DNA from: Catajapyx aquilonaris
Lineage: Eukaryota
NCBI GenBank assembly: GCA_000934665.2
Contig: JYFJ02002528.1
Location: 1-55,338 of the forward strand
Direction of reading: 5' to 3'
DNA: 55,338 nt
Part shown: positions 37,101 through 50,845 of the stretch, piece after piece
Position numbering within the stretch: position 1 is the stretch's first letter
Layout: each line of letters begins with the position of its first letter
Position numbers and translations under genes: made by a program
Notes under the pieces: generated by a model
What the model saw: the letters and a program-made list of their open reading frames with translations, nothing else
The model's database searches: none
What the model was told of the DNA's origin: nothing

Positions 37101-40100
37101 CTTACCGTTATTTAGTGCATTACAGCACCTTAATGTTTTGGCCTGTGAAGAAAGGGTGGAAAAAGTCTGAATTTTGGAGTCTTACTTTTCGCTGTGAAAT
37201 GGGGCTGCGATTGCCTGGCGAATGGAACAGTGGCGCCAAGCCGGTGATTAATGACACGAAGCATCTGCCGGAGTTTGCGCCACCCAAAACTTGGGGAATC
37301 CCTTGAAAGGAAAGGAATGAACTAGGTTGTTCTATTGTGGGAGCACTGTGCTCCATGACCTCACTTTTATGAAACGGAGGAACTAGGGCCTCCGAATTCA
37401 AAGCGACAAAACAGCCAAAATGGTGGAGCGATGTATTGTAGGCCTATAATGCATATAAAAAAACTGGTGGATACGTGTTTTGCGCTTTGATTTTGATGGC
37501 ATGCAGGAATCATATGGATTCCATTGCTGTCAGAGCATTAAAAAGGTTGAATACCTGGCTTCATTATTGTGAAGTTGAATGAAATCAGCAGAGTGATTGG
37601 AGGACAGAAGTAAAATCCCAGTATTAACCAGGCTGCTACATATTTATTTTTGGAAACGAAGAACTAGCTTTATTATTATTTTGCCTGGTTTCGGGCGATT
37701 TAGTTGCATGTAATTTTTGACATTAGTTCGCCTGATACCATTATAGGCTTTTTACAATTTAACAATAGCTTAAATATTGCAATACGAGATACGGATCATA
37801 CAGACTTGGAGTGAATGAAGTAAATTGATTCATAAAAGATCAGATAAGGAACTCGTACAGCATAATGCACTTCAAATTTTTATTTCTTTGAAAGAAAAAA
37901 AAACAACATTTTTTGTGAGTATTCTTAATGTTTTCCGCAACAATGCATAATTATAACATCTCTAGACCGAATCCCTCGCATAAACAACACAACGCAGCTC
38001 AGAGCGAGAATCCATGTTTGTCTCGAGAACTGCATGACGTACTGCAGGTACTGCTCTTGTGTGTACAGTACAGTGCATTTGTTATGCCCATTATTGTGTA
38101 GGATAAAAGCAAAACAACGCAGCTGGAGCACATGTGCGAATTGTTAAATGTTGTAATTTGCAAAATGTTACTTCTCCACGCATCACAGCTATAATGAGCT
38201 TCCACAATGATTCAGATTATTGCGCTAATACGACCACCACAATGACTATGAGTTTCAATTATCTACGAGAAAACATGTCGCACTAGAACCACATCTCTAT
38301 AGCAGTGGGCTTGTGAAATGAGCGGTTCCAACCTCTTCTGAATATTGCAATAAAATAATGAATTTAAGGAAAAGCAGCATTATCAGTTCTTTATAGTGCT
38401 TCTGTTCATTAATCCGCTGAATAAGTCCGGAATATGTTACAACCAAAACAAGTCTACTGGGAAAATATGCAGTTGTTTAATTGTTGCACATTAAAGTGTT
38501 TTTTTAAAAATGGAACAGTCGACGTGAAGGCGTAAGGCTCATTTTATTAGGCAGACCCACCACTACACTACTGTATGGGCGAACATGTAGCTCAACAATC
38601 TTGACGATCGAGTGCCGCCATAAAACCATAATAATGGCGTCCCTGTGTAGATTATAAAAGCCCAAGCCAAACAGATTTGTTTGCACGGGTTCCATTTCCT
38701 CGCTCAAAACATCACATAAAAGGATCGTGTTTTATATTTGTTTCAAAAATATGTTTGAACAGGGATACATAATTAGGAATTGATCACGGGTTGTTAACTT
38801 TTAACATGCCACATTTTCTAAACTGAAATCTGCTGGTGACCGACCTTCCGCCTAATTCCATCGATGAGGCTAAACTGCTGCTGTTTTATCTGCGGTTAAC
38901 AGTTTTAAAGGGTATATACCCAGCGATTCTGCAGCACGAATCCTTTTAAGGAGGGAAGCTCATCAAGGTGGGCCTGGTTAAGATGGCTCAACAACATATA
39001 AAGAGAACTGTACCCAGAAGATCAGTACGCCAGAAACGTGTACAGTTGTCCAAAATTCAACTCCAAAGAAAAGGTCCCAAAGAGGGAGCCCAGTGTCCCA
39101 AGTTGCAGACACGCTTTTTGGACCGGAAACTTTTGCAAGGCTGATAACTAAAAGTCTCTCCGCATCCTCCGTTATTCCACTTGCCTTAATCCTCTTAGAG
39201 GCGATCAATTTGATTACTTGCTGGTGCACAGTTTAGAGAGAGAGTCGGGGGGGAGGGGGAGGGGGTAATGCCGAATACTTTTCTTTTCGCCGACACCCTC
39301 AGATAATTGAAAGCGCTCTTATTTGCACTAATACCACTTAATGATACGTCGGACTATCTACTTTGCATCTGCAGCAAAACCGAACCCCGAACACTTTTCA
39401 CTACCCAGCAGTTTGTTTTATCAGAGGGCTTTAGAAAAGCCCGTCATTTTTATTTCGATGTCTGCTGGTGGGCATATATCGCTTCATGTTCATTTGGTCT
39501 GAAACAAAGAGCTGTCGTCAAAGCGTAGCTGTTGAAAATGCTAGAAAGAATGCGACTGTGCGGTCATGTATCAATCATTTTCCCCCCAAGGGATGAATGA
39601 TGCTATTGCAAACTTTGGAATGCAAATTACTTCATTTGTCTTGTCGATTCGTAATCGTGTAAGAATTCCATTTCACTTCCTGTCCCATCCTGCTGTGGCG
39701 AAGGCTACAAAAAAAAAAAATGAGAAAAGAAGCTCTTGGAACTGAAATGTTCCGATTGAAGATACGAACTGAAAAGCTCCATCGCTCCACCACAAAAAAA
39801 AACCTATGATTGGTGCTTTCGCCACGATGTTTAGACGGAGTTATCTCTGACGCAGTGGACGTATATTCTTCGAGAATTCTGAAGAACATGTTCTTACAGC
39901 AGCTTTACAAAGACTTGACAAGTTGTTCTGAATGCATTCAGATCGTTCTTATTCAAGGCAACAAATCAATTTCAACGTGATGAAAGCTGCTTCAGAAGTA
40001 TATAATATTAATACTAATCCAATTTGTGTTTTATGCACATAGCATAGTCAGATTAAATATACATTACCACGAAACAATGGGGGCATTATAATGGAGGGAA

Positions 40101-40167
40101 GGAACAGTGCATTGGAGAATAGTGTAGTTCTGAGCAAACCGAACAATTTGTAGCGGCTCCTAGCTAC

Positions 40168-40173
<6 letters not shown>

Positions 40174-40227
<54 letters not shown>

Positions 40228-40482
40228 GATACCCCGTGATAGGCCCCTTGGGCCTCTTATGGGATCATCTTTTGAATAACCGACTTTAATCATTTGCCTG
40301 TAATGTGATGGATTTTGATAGTGGGAGGAAACGGGAGAACTCCGAGAAAACCCGCGCGAACACGGAGAGAACCCATCGAAACTCTATCCACATAAGTATC
40401 CTCCGTCCGACCCAGGGATCGAACTCGGGACCTTAGAGGTGGAAGGCTGTGGCGCTAACCACTCGGCCACCGTGTCGCCCTT
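40174..40482 (-). mobile_element. Apparently full-length tRNA-derived SINE with (TTA)n tail and 16-bp target-site duplication
   Basis: The minus strand starts GGGCGACACGGTGGCCGAGTGGTTAGCG (A box TGGCCGAGTGG). B box GAGTTCGATCCC lies at 40415-40426. The central part reads GTTCTCTCCGTGTTCGCGCGGGTTTTCTCGGAGTTCTCCCGTTTCCTCCCAC, followed by a 3' hairpin AGGCCC-AAG-GGGCCT and a (TAA)n tract on the + strand at about 40169-40226. The direct repeat TCCTAGCTACATAATA is identical at 40158-40173 and 40483-40498. Confidence 0.92.
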
Positions 40483-43400
40483 TCCTAGCTACATAATATA
40501 TTCCCTGAGCGCACAAAAGGCTTTCTCGATACTCTCCACAAAATGATCTAAAATTCCTGAAAATGTAATGAGCACCTGAATTAGTCACAATTCATCTATA
40601 GCTGAGGATCTCAATACCGCATTCACCTCTCCCAGTTACGAAAGTTGCAAAACCTGAATATATCGACGCATTTTCAATGCTGAGCAAATTTGTAACTACC
40701 CAAGCCCGATCCGCTTTTCAAACTATACGGTACAGTACACTCTACTGCCCTGACATCCGTGAGTGCTCTCACCATCATGGGTCAGATATTGGCACAATCT
40801 CCATTCCTATTCTCCCACCCTAGCGATCGCTAAAGGCTCTCATGCTTTTGACATTTAAAATACTCAAACATCCAACGCATATTTAGATACCTGAATAGAA
40901 CTCTCTCAACTCGAAATCAGTCGCTAAAAAAATGAAAAGGGGTGCAGTTTTTGTGTGCCTTGGACGAAACTCCATCTGCGTGGGTTTGAGGTACCCCCCC
41001 TCTTGTGTAATGAGTAATCGATGTCCTATCGAGACGCCTTCTGCTCCAACTTTACCCCGGGTAGGTCTCGCGTGCCATCATGCCCCACCATTTTAGATCC
41101 AAAGCCCAAATTGAAAGGAGAGCACATTAGGGACCGGATTCGGTAAGCAAACACCTGCATCTGTACCGAAGTATGTTTTTTTTTTCGTGGAATGGTTGTT
41201 GCAATCGGATCAAAATCCTTCGGAAATGCTGGTGATGTCGACACGATGTCATTTTTTTCCTACATATGGCGTGCTCAGTGTACCAAGAGACACGGTGCGT
41301 TGTAAATGATATCAAAGTGTTATGCTGCAGGGATGGATAATTATCCTTTGTTCGCTTTTACAATCATGTTGTGGTGGGGGCAGGGGGGAGGGCAGCTGCC
41401 CTGGGTTGATACTGCATTTTCATATTTGCTCTTGTTCTACGCTGGTTGAATGACACGGGACGAGCGGTTTAGGTGTACAACAGTCACGATTATTGTGTTT
41501 GGCTGTACTTGCCCATTGTTGGGAATGTGAATGGTTTTCCGGCTGCTGACTGGCTGGGGTCGGGTTTGAGCAGACTATTAATGAGCTAGAGAGCCTTGAA
41601 ATATTCGTAGTGAAGATTTAAAATTGCGTTGGGCGTTTTTCCAATTCGTACATATTCTCAAACAGTCCAAACTGCAAGTTACTGTAAGAAACTATTATTT
41701 TGTAAATATCTCGCCTTCTTGTACTGTATAGTTTGTGTTCAATAATATTATATGCATTGCACAGAATATACCAAACACCTGTTTAGTGTAACTTTCAATA
41801 AACTTCTGCTATTGCATAGCTACAGTAGTCTACCGGAAACCCACCACTCTTTTTTCTATTCCTTTCATCACCAGGGAAAATGATAGTCTAATAATAATTA
41901 AACGCTTCCATATTTCCGGGAAAATTATAACAGCATAAATTATGAATGCAGGGTGTACGGCTCGCCTGAAGGTGATTACAAGCATGAAGCAGTGCGAAGC
42001 CTTGTAAACACGCATAAATAAAATCTGCACAAAATGAACTTCCAGGTGTAACAAGATTTGTTTGCAAACCATGTTTCGGTAACTCTACCATGTACTAATT
42101 ATGCTGTTTAATAATTCAATCGCCAAAATTTAAACTGAACATGGGCAACAGCAGTTTGTTACAGACACTTACCTGCAACCAATGCTAGTAACCTCCGCCC
42201 TTCGATAAAATGCAGAAAATGCCCCTATACATCTGTGCTAATAGCTAGGGACGACTGCACTATCCTTTACAAAGAGGGTTTTTGACGTGACTATCCCATT
42301 TAGTGGCATGCACCTCTGCACAGTTTGTGTCAGCTTATTATTGGCCGCACGTGGCTATGAAGTAATGCCATATTCAGGTTCCATTACAGAGCAATGATCA
42401 CACACGGCTGTACAAAATGAACAGCTTCAATTCTGAAAGGAATACTAATTACACGTGATTAGGTGCATGTTTGTAGCATTTTCCGGAGCCACACTCAATT
42501 GCCCGCCGGCCAAAGTCATTTGATACGCAATTAGCAAAAGAGGCGACGCTTTGCGCACGTGGTTGGCCTGTAATACTCTTTGCGTCCGACCTACCGTAGC
42601 CTACAAATTTACAGGCTCAATAAAAGCCTGGAAAGTATGTGGATGTTGTAACCTTTTGCTCCACGCAAGTGTTATAAGGCACTGACGGCCATTAATTATT
42701 ATTTTATGGCCAAAGACAAGGATCGGGCTTGGAACCACCAAAAAAAATGAAATAAAAAAAATGAAATAGAGCGACAGTCTGGAGAGGATGACTTTACGGC
42801 ACACTGCTCCAGGTTCAAAAACTGTGGACAAAAAATGGCGGAGGATCCAGTTAAAATGTGTGGTGTGGATCGGCTCGAGCTCTGTGTGTTATCGGATCTG
42901 ATATTAATTATTATGTTCAGAATCCGGAGGGTTGGATTTTTTTATTATTTGTATCCGAGTAGAGTGCGGGGTGTGCTAAAGCCAGCAAAAATATTTTTGC
43001 AAGAGCTTACAAACGCAGCTGCAGATTACACAACATTTCTATTTGGCACGGATGGCGCGTGCCTCATTTAAATATCGATAACCGGCAGTGTTTACCCTGG
43101 GCTGTATGATAAACAGGGCTAGCTGGGGGTGTCCTGGAGGTAGGCCCCGGTGCTCAATTCCACCCGGATTGCACAAAAGTGCAAAGTACACGGGGGTCTG
43201 CCCCAACTGCATGGCACGCAGATCCAGTTAACACCCCGTGAAATATTAATCATGGCCTCTTAGCCGTAATGAACAGATGCCAAGATAGTGTTGGGCCCGC
43301 TCGTGTTTGGCCTTACCTGAGCCTCTATAATGGACGCGGGGCGAACGGGGGCAATCTGTCTTCCTGCTTTATGACACTCATTCTCCTTTGCGATAACACG

Positions 43401-43659
43401 GGAGGGGAAAAAACTAAGCTCACGTAAAACGCACAGATAAGATACGGAAGGTTGGAACGAAATAAAAGAGCAGTTTAGACTTGGGGAAGTCTTGAAAATG
43501 GAACTTGGTTCCCATGATTCATATAAGGCTTTCCGTGAATGAATCATAAAACTGCCTTATCGTGCATAGCAAAGTACAAATCCTCACGACTAATACGGAG
43601 GAAGGGGTGGGCTCGATTTTTTTTTTATTCCAACCCTCCATCCCACAGTCCTTTGGGTG

Positions 43660-43737
43660 CTTCTTCTTACTCTTCTTCTTCTTCTTCTTCTTCTTCTTCT
43701 TCTTCTTCTTCTTCTACTACTACTACATCTTCTTCTT
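43660..43737. repeat. (CTT)n-(CTA)n compound microsatellite
   Basis: A CTT run at about 43672-43713 followed by about four CTA units. Confidence 0.95.
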
Positions 43738-46700
43738 TCTGTTTTTACGTTCGGAAGGAACTCAGCAACTGACTCCACTTCCTAATCTGCACTTAGGACA
43801 ACAGTAAGCGAGTCTGCAGGCTGCCTTTCCGCACTTTACGACACTTCTTCTTCGTCGGAGGCAGGCTGAAATGGACGCAAGGATGGGCTACAGAAGGGAT
43901 CATCCAAAACCTAAGGTTCCTGCCTGCCACCATCCCTCACACCCTGGCCCTTATACCATAGCGCGCATCTTAAAACATCTTGGATACCACCTGCTGCTAT
44001 CACACGCTTCCTTTCGTCTTGCCTCTATTATTGGCGAATTTTTGTTGTCCTAATATGCTATGAAGCGATTGAGTGGATCACATCGGGCCTGCCTATTGCC
44101 CGTTATCACCACTTCTGTCAGGCTGTTTTAATTTGAAGTGTTTGTAACATCCTGTAGGCTATTGTGTATTGTACACTGCATATTGTTATCATCGTCTGAT
44201 TAGCAGTGTAAGATAGTCCAAAGTTTTAACCCATACCAAGCTTGGCAGGGCTGTTCTAGTTTGCCTTACCCAATATGCGATACCCAGGAGGCTATGCACG
44301 TCTCATATCTTACAGTGGCTTTGTCCAAGCACATTGGGGCATTGTACTTCTCAAGAGCCGTGTCCTTAATTATGAAAGAAAACTGAAATTGCGTTAATGC
44401 TAAGCCAAGCAACCGCAGGAAAAAAAAGGCCTAACAGACGCGAAACCAACCTCGCTTTCTTTCAATTTCCTGAAGTTGAGTTTCATTACGCCCGACTCAT
44501 TGCGTCATTAAATATTTAGAGCGCGTGATCAAATATGCGCAGTTTCATCATCTCAAAGACCCTTGGGATAAAGTAATTTTTAAGCGCATGAACTCTGAAA
44601 ATGAATTAGGTTAACGCTGTATGATTAATTGGCAGAATCCAGCGTGGTGGTAAGATGATAGTGTTTAGTTTCCCATTACTCCAATATATTTCCCACAAAT
44701 TTTCTAGATTAAAGGATTTTAAAATGCCACTGTAGGGCCCGTTTTTTGAGGCAGAGAAAAGACGGTAAAAATGTGGGGGATAGAAGAGGAAAGTTTGTGG
44801 GGTTGTGAATGTCTTGGGAACCTTGGGGATGGCGACACAGTCGATCCTTGTGCCTCTCCTGGGAAAGGGGGAAGGTGGTGAAAGGTGAGAAATTCGAACA
44901 ATATTTCACCTGATTGGAGGCAGGGGCCGGGGCGGGGAGCTTGGCGGCAAGCAGGTAATCAGATCAGCGTTCTTGTTGGGGACGATCCGCCGAGACAAGA
45001 AGAACGAGGTAGAGGGGACCTCCAACCAGGAAGGACGGAAATGGTCCCCCTATAGTCTTCAAAGATTTTGCTTTTGTCCCTAATTGATTCGCTTGTCTCC
45101 AAAGAAATCGGTTCTGACCCCCGTGTTTGAAGCTGCGCCTAACCATTTTCCTCCCAAAATGGGGCCGTCATTTCCACTAATATAACGGCCCTGCTGTTTC
45201 TAATTACCTGTTCAGGCCCGGACAGGAATCGATTGGGTCGGGGACAAATTTTTTTCCCGACTATCTGTCGAGGGAGTCAGTTGTTTCAGCGTCCCTCACA
45301 GACAGCCACCTAAAAGGGACATTGGCGTCAAGGGACCTATACTTACCTATATCATACTACTGTATCCCATAGCAACCTGGTTCGGAGGAGGTTCTTCCTC
45401 TCTGTTTTCCGGGGTTGTACCCAGGACAAACTAATGGGGCGGGACCAGTGTCCAGATGGAACTGGGCTTATCTCGGTTGTGCTGCGAAGATAACAGGGTC
45501 CCCTTCGCGATCCAGAAGTTTCCCCCAAGCGGCTGAAGCGGATGCGATGCCAAATGTCCCGCTCTGGGACCAAGCCAGCTGATGACCCGACCCAAAACCC
45601 AACTCTTGAAAACCGTTGCATGGTGTAGTGGTATAGTAGCCTGCTCTTGCATGCTTGTCCCACTTCAAAACTATGCACAGATAATAGTGTCATTGGAGCC
45701 TAGTTGTGTTATCTGTTACACCGAGGAAAGTATTTTTTTAAAGTAGACGTTCGAAGGACCCCTGCAAGGATATAGTTTTTTTTTTTCGCCGACCGCCACA
45801 ATTTCTAATGGAATCTGTTCATAGTAATGTAAGATGAAAGATAAATCTCAGTCCTGTCATATTTTTTCCTGTGTTGCATAAATCCGCATTGGAACTTCTC
45901 AATGATCCCCCAGGGGGCTAGAACCCCCCGAACGCATTGACCTCGACATGGGTTACTAGGTTACTAGCCAAGCATTGCCTTCAGGAAGAGAGCAAATGGC
46001 TGGTTTGTCTTTTGATTTGTTTAAAATTTTTGTTGACTCTGGCTTCCACAATGTACTATATTGATAGACCTTGTTGTTGGTTGGTTGGTAGGAAGGGTTA
46101 CCCAGCTTGTATGGCTCTGTCTGAGTCGAGCCTTGGCAGCCGGGGGTAGGAGAGGAAGGTGTGGGATTGCAAGGTAGGGCTGCGTGAGAAGGGTGGGGGA
46201 GAGGAGGGCTGGCCCCGGCTGTACTGCAATGCCGGGTCCAACCCAGGGACGGGGGTGGGATATTCTCCCAAGCACCCCGTCCGACCAAGAAATGCGAGTC
46301 AGGTCCGAGGACCGCTCGAGGAAGAGAGTACCGTCGCTGGCGAACCAGCCGGGACCTCATACAACCCCATTGAGTGCTATAGTTTATTGATAGACCTGAA
46401 ATCAGGCGCAGGTCATATTATGGTAAATGCCCTATCTAGAGGACATCAGCCTAGCATTTGATTGATAACAGAAATTCTACATGTTGCCCTTGCTTCCTTG
46501 GAATTAATATTTCATAATTAATTATGTCAACTGCGCATGTTGCATAACATTTATATATTTAAAATAGTATCTACAGAGCGTAAAAATTCGTTAAAGTGGC
46601 TCACGACGAAAAATGTCCGCCAGATGGCACGCAAACACCAGCCACCTTCATATGGAGGGTTGCGCATCTTTGGTCCTTGGTTTTCCAACACACTTCACTG

Positions 46701-49700
46701 TGGTATTGTGGCATTTTATTTCACTTGTAGTGCGGATTCTGTGCCCAAACACTACTGTAGCATTGCGCAGGCATATAATTATGCACGTCTGTGCAGGTGA
46801 TCTAGGGTGTTTAGACTTGCAGACTCCTCACTCTTTACCTTATTCCACCCAGACTGTATGGAAATTTTAATGCTGACATAAGTTGCCGTATCGTGGGTAG
46901 TGCACTGCATTTTTCCCAGTTGCTTTTGTTCCACACAGAGGACGAATCTCCACTACTATAAAAGTGCCAAGACACAGGAATTGTAACAGGGGGAAAGATG
47001 AAGGTTGAGGGCAGGGGAGGGCGTGTCCTGGTCAGCACACTCAAAGTTTGGAGAGGCACTGTATTTTACCCATTACTATGTACATTTACAGTAAACAGCA
47101 GAAACACAACACTCATAATGGCAGTAAAATTTACCTTCCAAAATCACAGCAATTGTACCCTCCTCCCCAGAACCAAACTAATTAATGTACGGAAAACGAG
47201 AGAACGATCTGCCGTCATCGTTTCCTCCATTGTTGCTTTTTGTTGACATTGTTTACTCAATTGTTCTGTGAGGGTATTTCCATGGAAACATTGATGACGT
47301 CAGGTCTTTGTCTCATTTTCCGTACATTATGTAGGCTACATGCTACATGTTTGAAGGCCACTTGCCTCTAAATGAAATAAAATCCTATTTCCTATTCAAA
47401 ATCATCTCTGGAACTAGTCTCGTATCGGGAGTTGCAGGTAGCTCACGCATAGGTGCAGTAGTATGAAGAATAATAAGCATGTGTGGTTAAACGTGTCCAC
47501 CACTGTTACAAAAAATGAGCATATAAAACCATCATGTCATGTTTTCCTAAAGCGCAGTCCTTGTACGTCCATCTTCTATCATTTGAATGCGTCCCACCAC
47601 CTGTTCACCCTTGCGAAAATGAATTCTTTATCGGTGTCATTGGCGGACATCCGCACCAGCAAGCAGCTTCCACATGAATCACCTACTTTCTACCCAGCTT
47701 AGCTCACAAGCGTGGAGTAATGAGTCATAGCAAAAAATCGTCCCAAAATATGGGACACTCCTAGCATATTTTCCCCTCTTTGTGTGTCCATGAGCATAAG
47801 CCAGGTAGTAGGACAGGCTTTGCATCCCCCCCCTCTTTTGGCTTCCATTAATTGAGTCTCCTGGGAGGGACCAAAATTCCCAAGCCAATGGCTGAGCGAC
47901 AGCCTCTTACCTCCGTGCCAAAGCCCCCCTGCTTAGTCAATTTTCGATTGGGATTTGAGGACAGAGGAAAATTTGCTGCGTGCAGAAAGCTAACTGTGCT
48001 ATTGTGCCACGATCTCCCGTTTGACTCAGACCGCAACATTATACCCTTCTTGTTATAGGCTATCTAGCCAACCACCCAAAAAAATTGGGGGAAACCATGT
48101 GATGGAGGGTGGGGTGGACTGAAATGCGTGAAAGCCGCTGTTCCATTTTGGTCCGGAACGACCTCTGGAGTAAGTGGTAAGGGAGCCAGAAGTTAGAAGT
48201 CTTGTCAAAATCTTTCAGTATAAGGCCAAGTATGTGTCCCTGGCGTATCGTAAGAAGCAAATTTCTACCGATGGACTCGTTCATTTCCAGCTTCTACCCT
48301 AAAAAATTGGAGGAAAGGAGAGGAAAAGGTTTGGAAGCAGAAGAAAGAAAGTGATGAACGTCATTCGTAGTATGGTTAGGTTAGGTTCTGGGAAGATATA
48401 GAACTCACCTTTTCCTAATGGTCACCTGAATAGTGGGAAACTAGGCAAGGTTTAGCTTTAAAAGAGAAGCCTCGACATGCGCATCGAGCATCTCCCAACT
48501 TCGTACTTCACCTGCCCCAAGGGATGTTCCAGTTTTATGCCCTCCGCTTCACGGCTGGCAACAGCGCAACACCTTCTAGTAGAACGTTACCACAAAGTGT
48601 GTGCTGCCTGGATAATATCCGTTACGCAATCAATTGTCCCGCAACACAATGCGCTTGAGCCAGGGACCTGTTTTTCCATTGGTTTGCTCTCAATGGACCA
48701 TGAAAATTCCGCGCAGCCTTATTAACTTTCAGTGGTGTGTAAGGCGGGTGTCACGGATGGCCCTTTCAATAGGGAGCGCAGGTAATTGCTTTGCTCTGTA
48801 AGCCGCCAATTGTCCATACGGTACGTGGATGGCTGGCCGTAACCCGCTATAACGTGACACCGAATAATACTTGCAAGTTCCTCACATACCACCACACTGG
48901 GGGTAGCCTCATTCTTTGTCAATGTTGTCCTTGCAGGATCGCCTACAAGCTCTGGTGAATAATTTCGGCACTGGTGTTAAGCGACATTATCGTGGAGCGA
49001 CCATTGATCTCCGTTGTTGTTGGTGCACCGTACGGCATATGGGATGCTGTTCAAATGTCAAATATTATGTCACGCTACGTCTGTTCATATCATATCACCC
49101 GCGGGACGTGACATGACCATCACACTACTAAGTCTTCAAATCTGACTAGCAATCGATCTTCTGGTTTATTTATGAGCGACTTGCTGTCCATCTGGTCTGA
49201 CTAACCCGTCAGTGATCTAAGCTTCCACGTAACTAGACCCAAAATTCCCCCTCTCATAATTCCAAAAAATGTTCAAATTTAGGCCCCTGTCAACTTGAGT
49301 GGCCACTACTGGCCCGTCTCATGCGAATACAAAATGAAATATTTATATTACAATTCTCTATCAGAAATTAGGGATCGTTTTGGATCCGAACCGAGTTCAT
49401 ATAGTGAGATGTCCCAATTAGCAACGAAACTAACCAGATAATGCTGCATTTTAGATGTGAGGGGAGTGTATGGTTTATCGCAATGTTATGCAATAGGCAT
49501 AACGGGTGGAAGTCCGGAGTGTTCGTGCCGTTGTGGGTCAAATGCTAACATGATTGGCCACCTGAACACTCGAGTATTCCAAGCACTACTTTATGTTAAC
49601 TGACTTGGGACCCTGCGGAACGATGAATTTGTGACAACCCAGTTCCATGCAATCAAGATTTGGCCAGATAGCACTAATGTATGCGGCATCACGGAGTTTT

Positions 49701-50621
49701 AGAGCAGTTTTGGCCGGTGCTGCATGCGGGTTGCAATGTCCCCATCCAATAACTCAACCTTTACCAACACGGTCGGGGTTTACTGCAAGCGATTACATTT
49801 TCATTCATTTTGTATACCTCGTGAAATGACTGGAATGGCTTGTCCGAAGATTTACTGTACCGGCAGCGACCCTTTTTTTCTGTTCATGTCCGCACAGCTG
49901 GCAGAAAAGGATTCTTTGTAATTGAGCCCCCCTTGCTGCTCAAATAACCATGGAAAAATACCCTGTCGAATATTTTAAAAATTCTGTCCAATCACAATTG
50001 TGCGTATGGTTTCTAATGGGACGGAACTCGACTAACTGCAACTTTGGTGGCGAATCGCAACATCACGCAGTTAGTGCAGTTTTCAGGTTTAGGAAAATTT
50101 GTTTGAAGCTTGGGAGGCGGCGACAAAAACATGCAAAGCCGGATCAATGAGTGACTGTCAGGTTCCCTCGCCCCCTTTGTTGGCCGTTGTCGATTGTGGA
50201 CTGGTGAACTCTGACTGAGCTGCAGCCTCGGGAGTCTAATTAGAGGGAATTATCACAAGCCTGCAGATGTTAGCCTGGGTTGCAAGTGACACTGACGAAG
50301 CCGCCCCTCCAGTCCCCCTACCTCCCACCTCATTCAGGGACTTGGGGAGTCAACATTAGCACAGTTGAAACCCCTCCGCCCCCAACTCTCTCAACTTGAA
50401 AGAATGTGAGAGCACGATTTAGGTGGATGCATCCTTCACACTGTTTCACCCTGCTAGTTAGTGTGGTCTACAGTGGCGGTAGACCTGCTGGAAGCTAGTG
50501 GCGGCCATGTCTTGCGACTCTTGTCTTTGCACGATCAATGGGCTGGTCTTGAATTAACCTGATGTATTGTACAATATATTTAGCCAATATTATGGTAGAT
50601 GATTGTAAGATGTTAATATGC

Positions 50622-50845
50622 TGGGAGAACACCTCACAGCCCTGATCTGGCGCATACGATTTCAAGGTGTTTGAGGAACTCAAAAGGCTTTGAAAGGACA
50701 TCGATATGCCAGAGATGATGAAGTGAAGAGGGCTGTAAGTGGAATTGTCCATCGCTTACAACAATTTTTTTTGGCAGGTGTGTGGGACAGTTGGTCAGCA
50801 GTAAGTGGGATTGTGTCACAATGATCCGTTGAGTACCATTGAATA
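50622..50845 (+). pseudogene. Frameshifted remnant of a mariner transposase C-terminus
   Basis: Collinear peptide pieces across frameshifts: HSPDLA (50635-50652; compare YSPDLAP), DFKVFEELK (from 50658, with the expected third catalytic D), LKGHRYARDDEVKRAV (from 50690), QFFLAGV (from 50762), QLVSSKWDCV (from 50788) and EY (50831). Order and spacing match the mariner C-terminal consensus. Confidence 0.75.

Noticed and set aside
40405..40480. Functional tRNA gene on the minus strand
   Set aside because: There is no proper acceptor stem. It continues into a SINE body and tail and is enclosed by TSDs.
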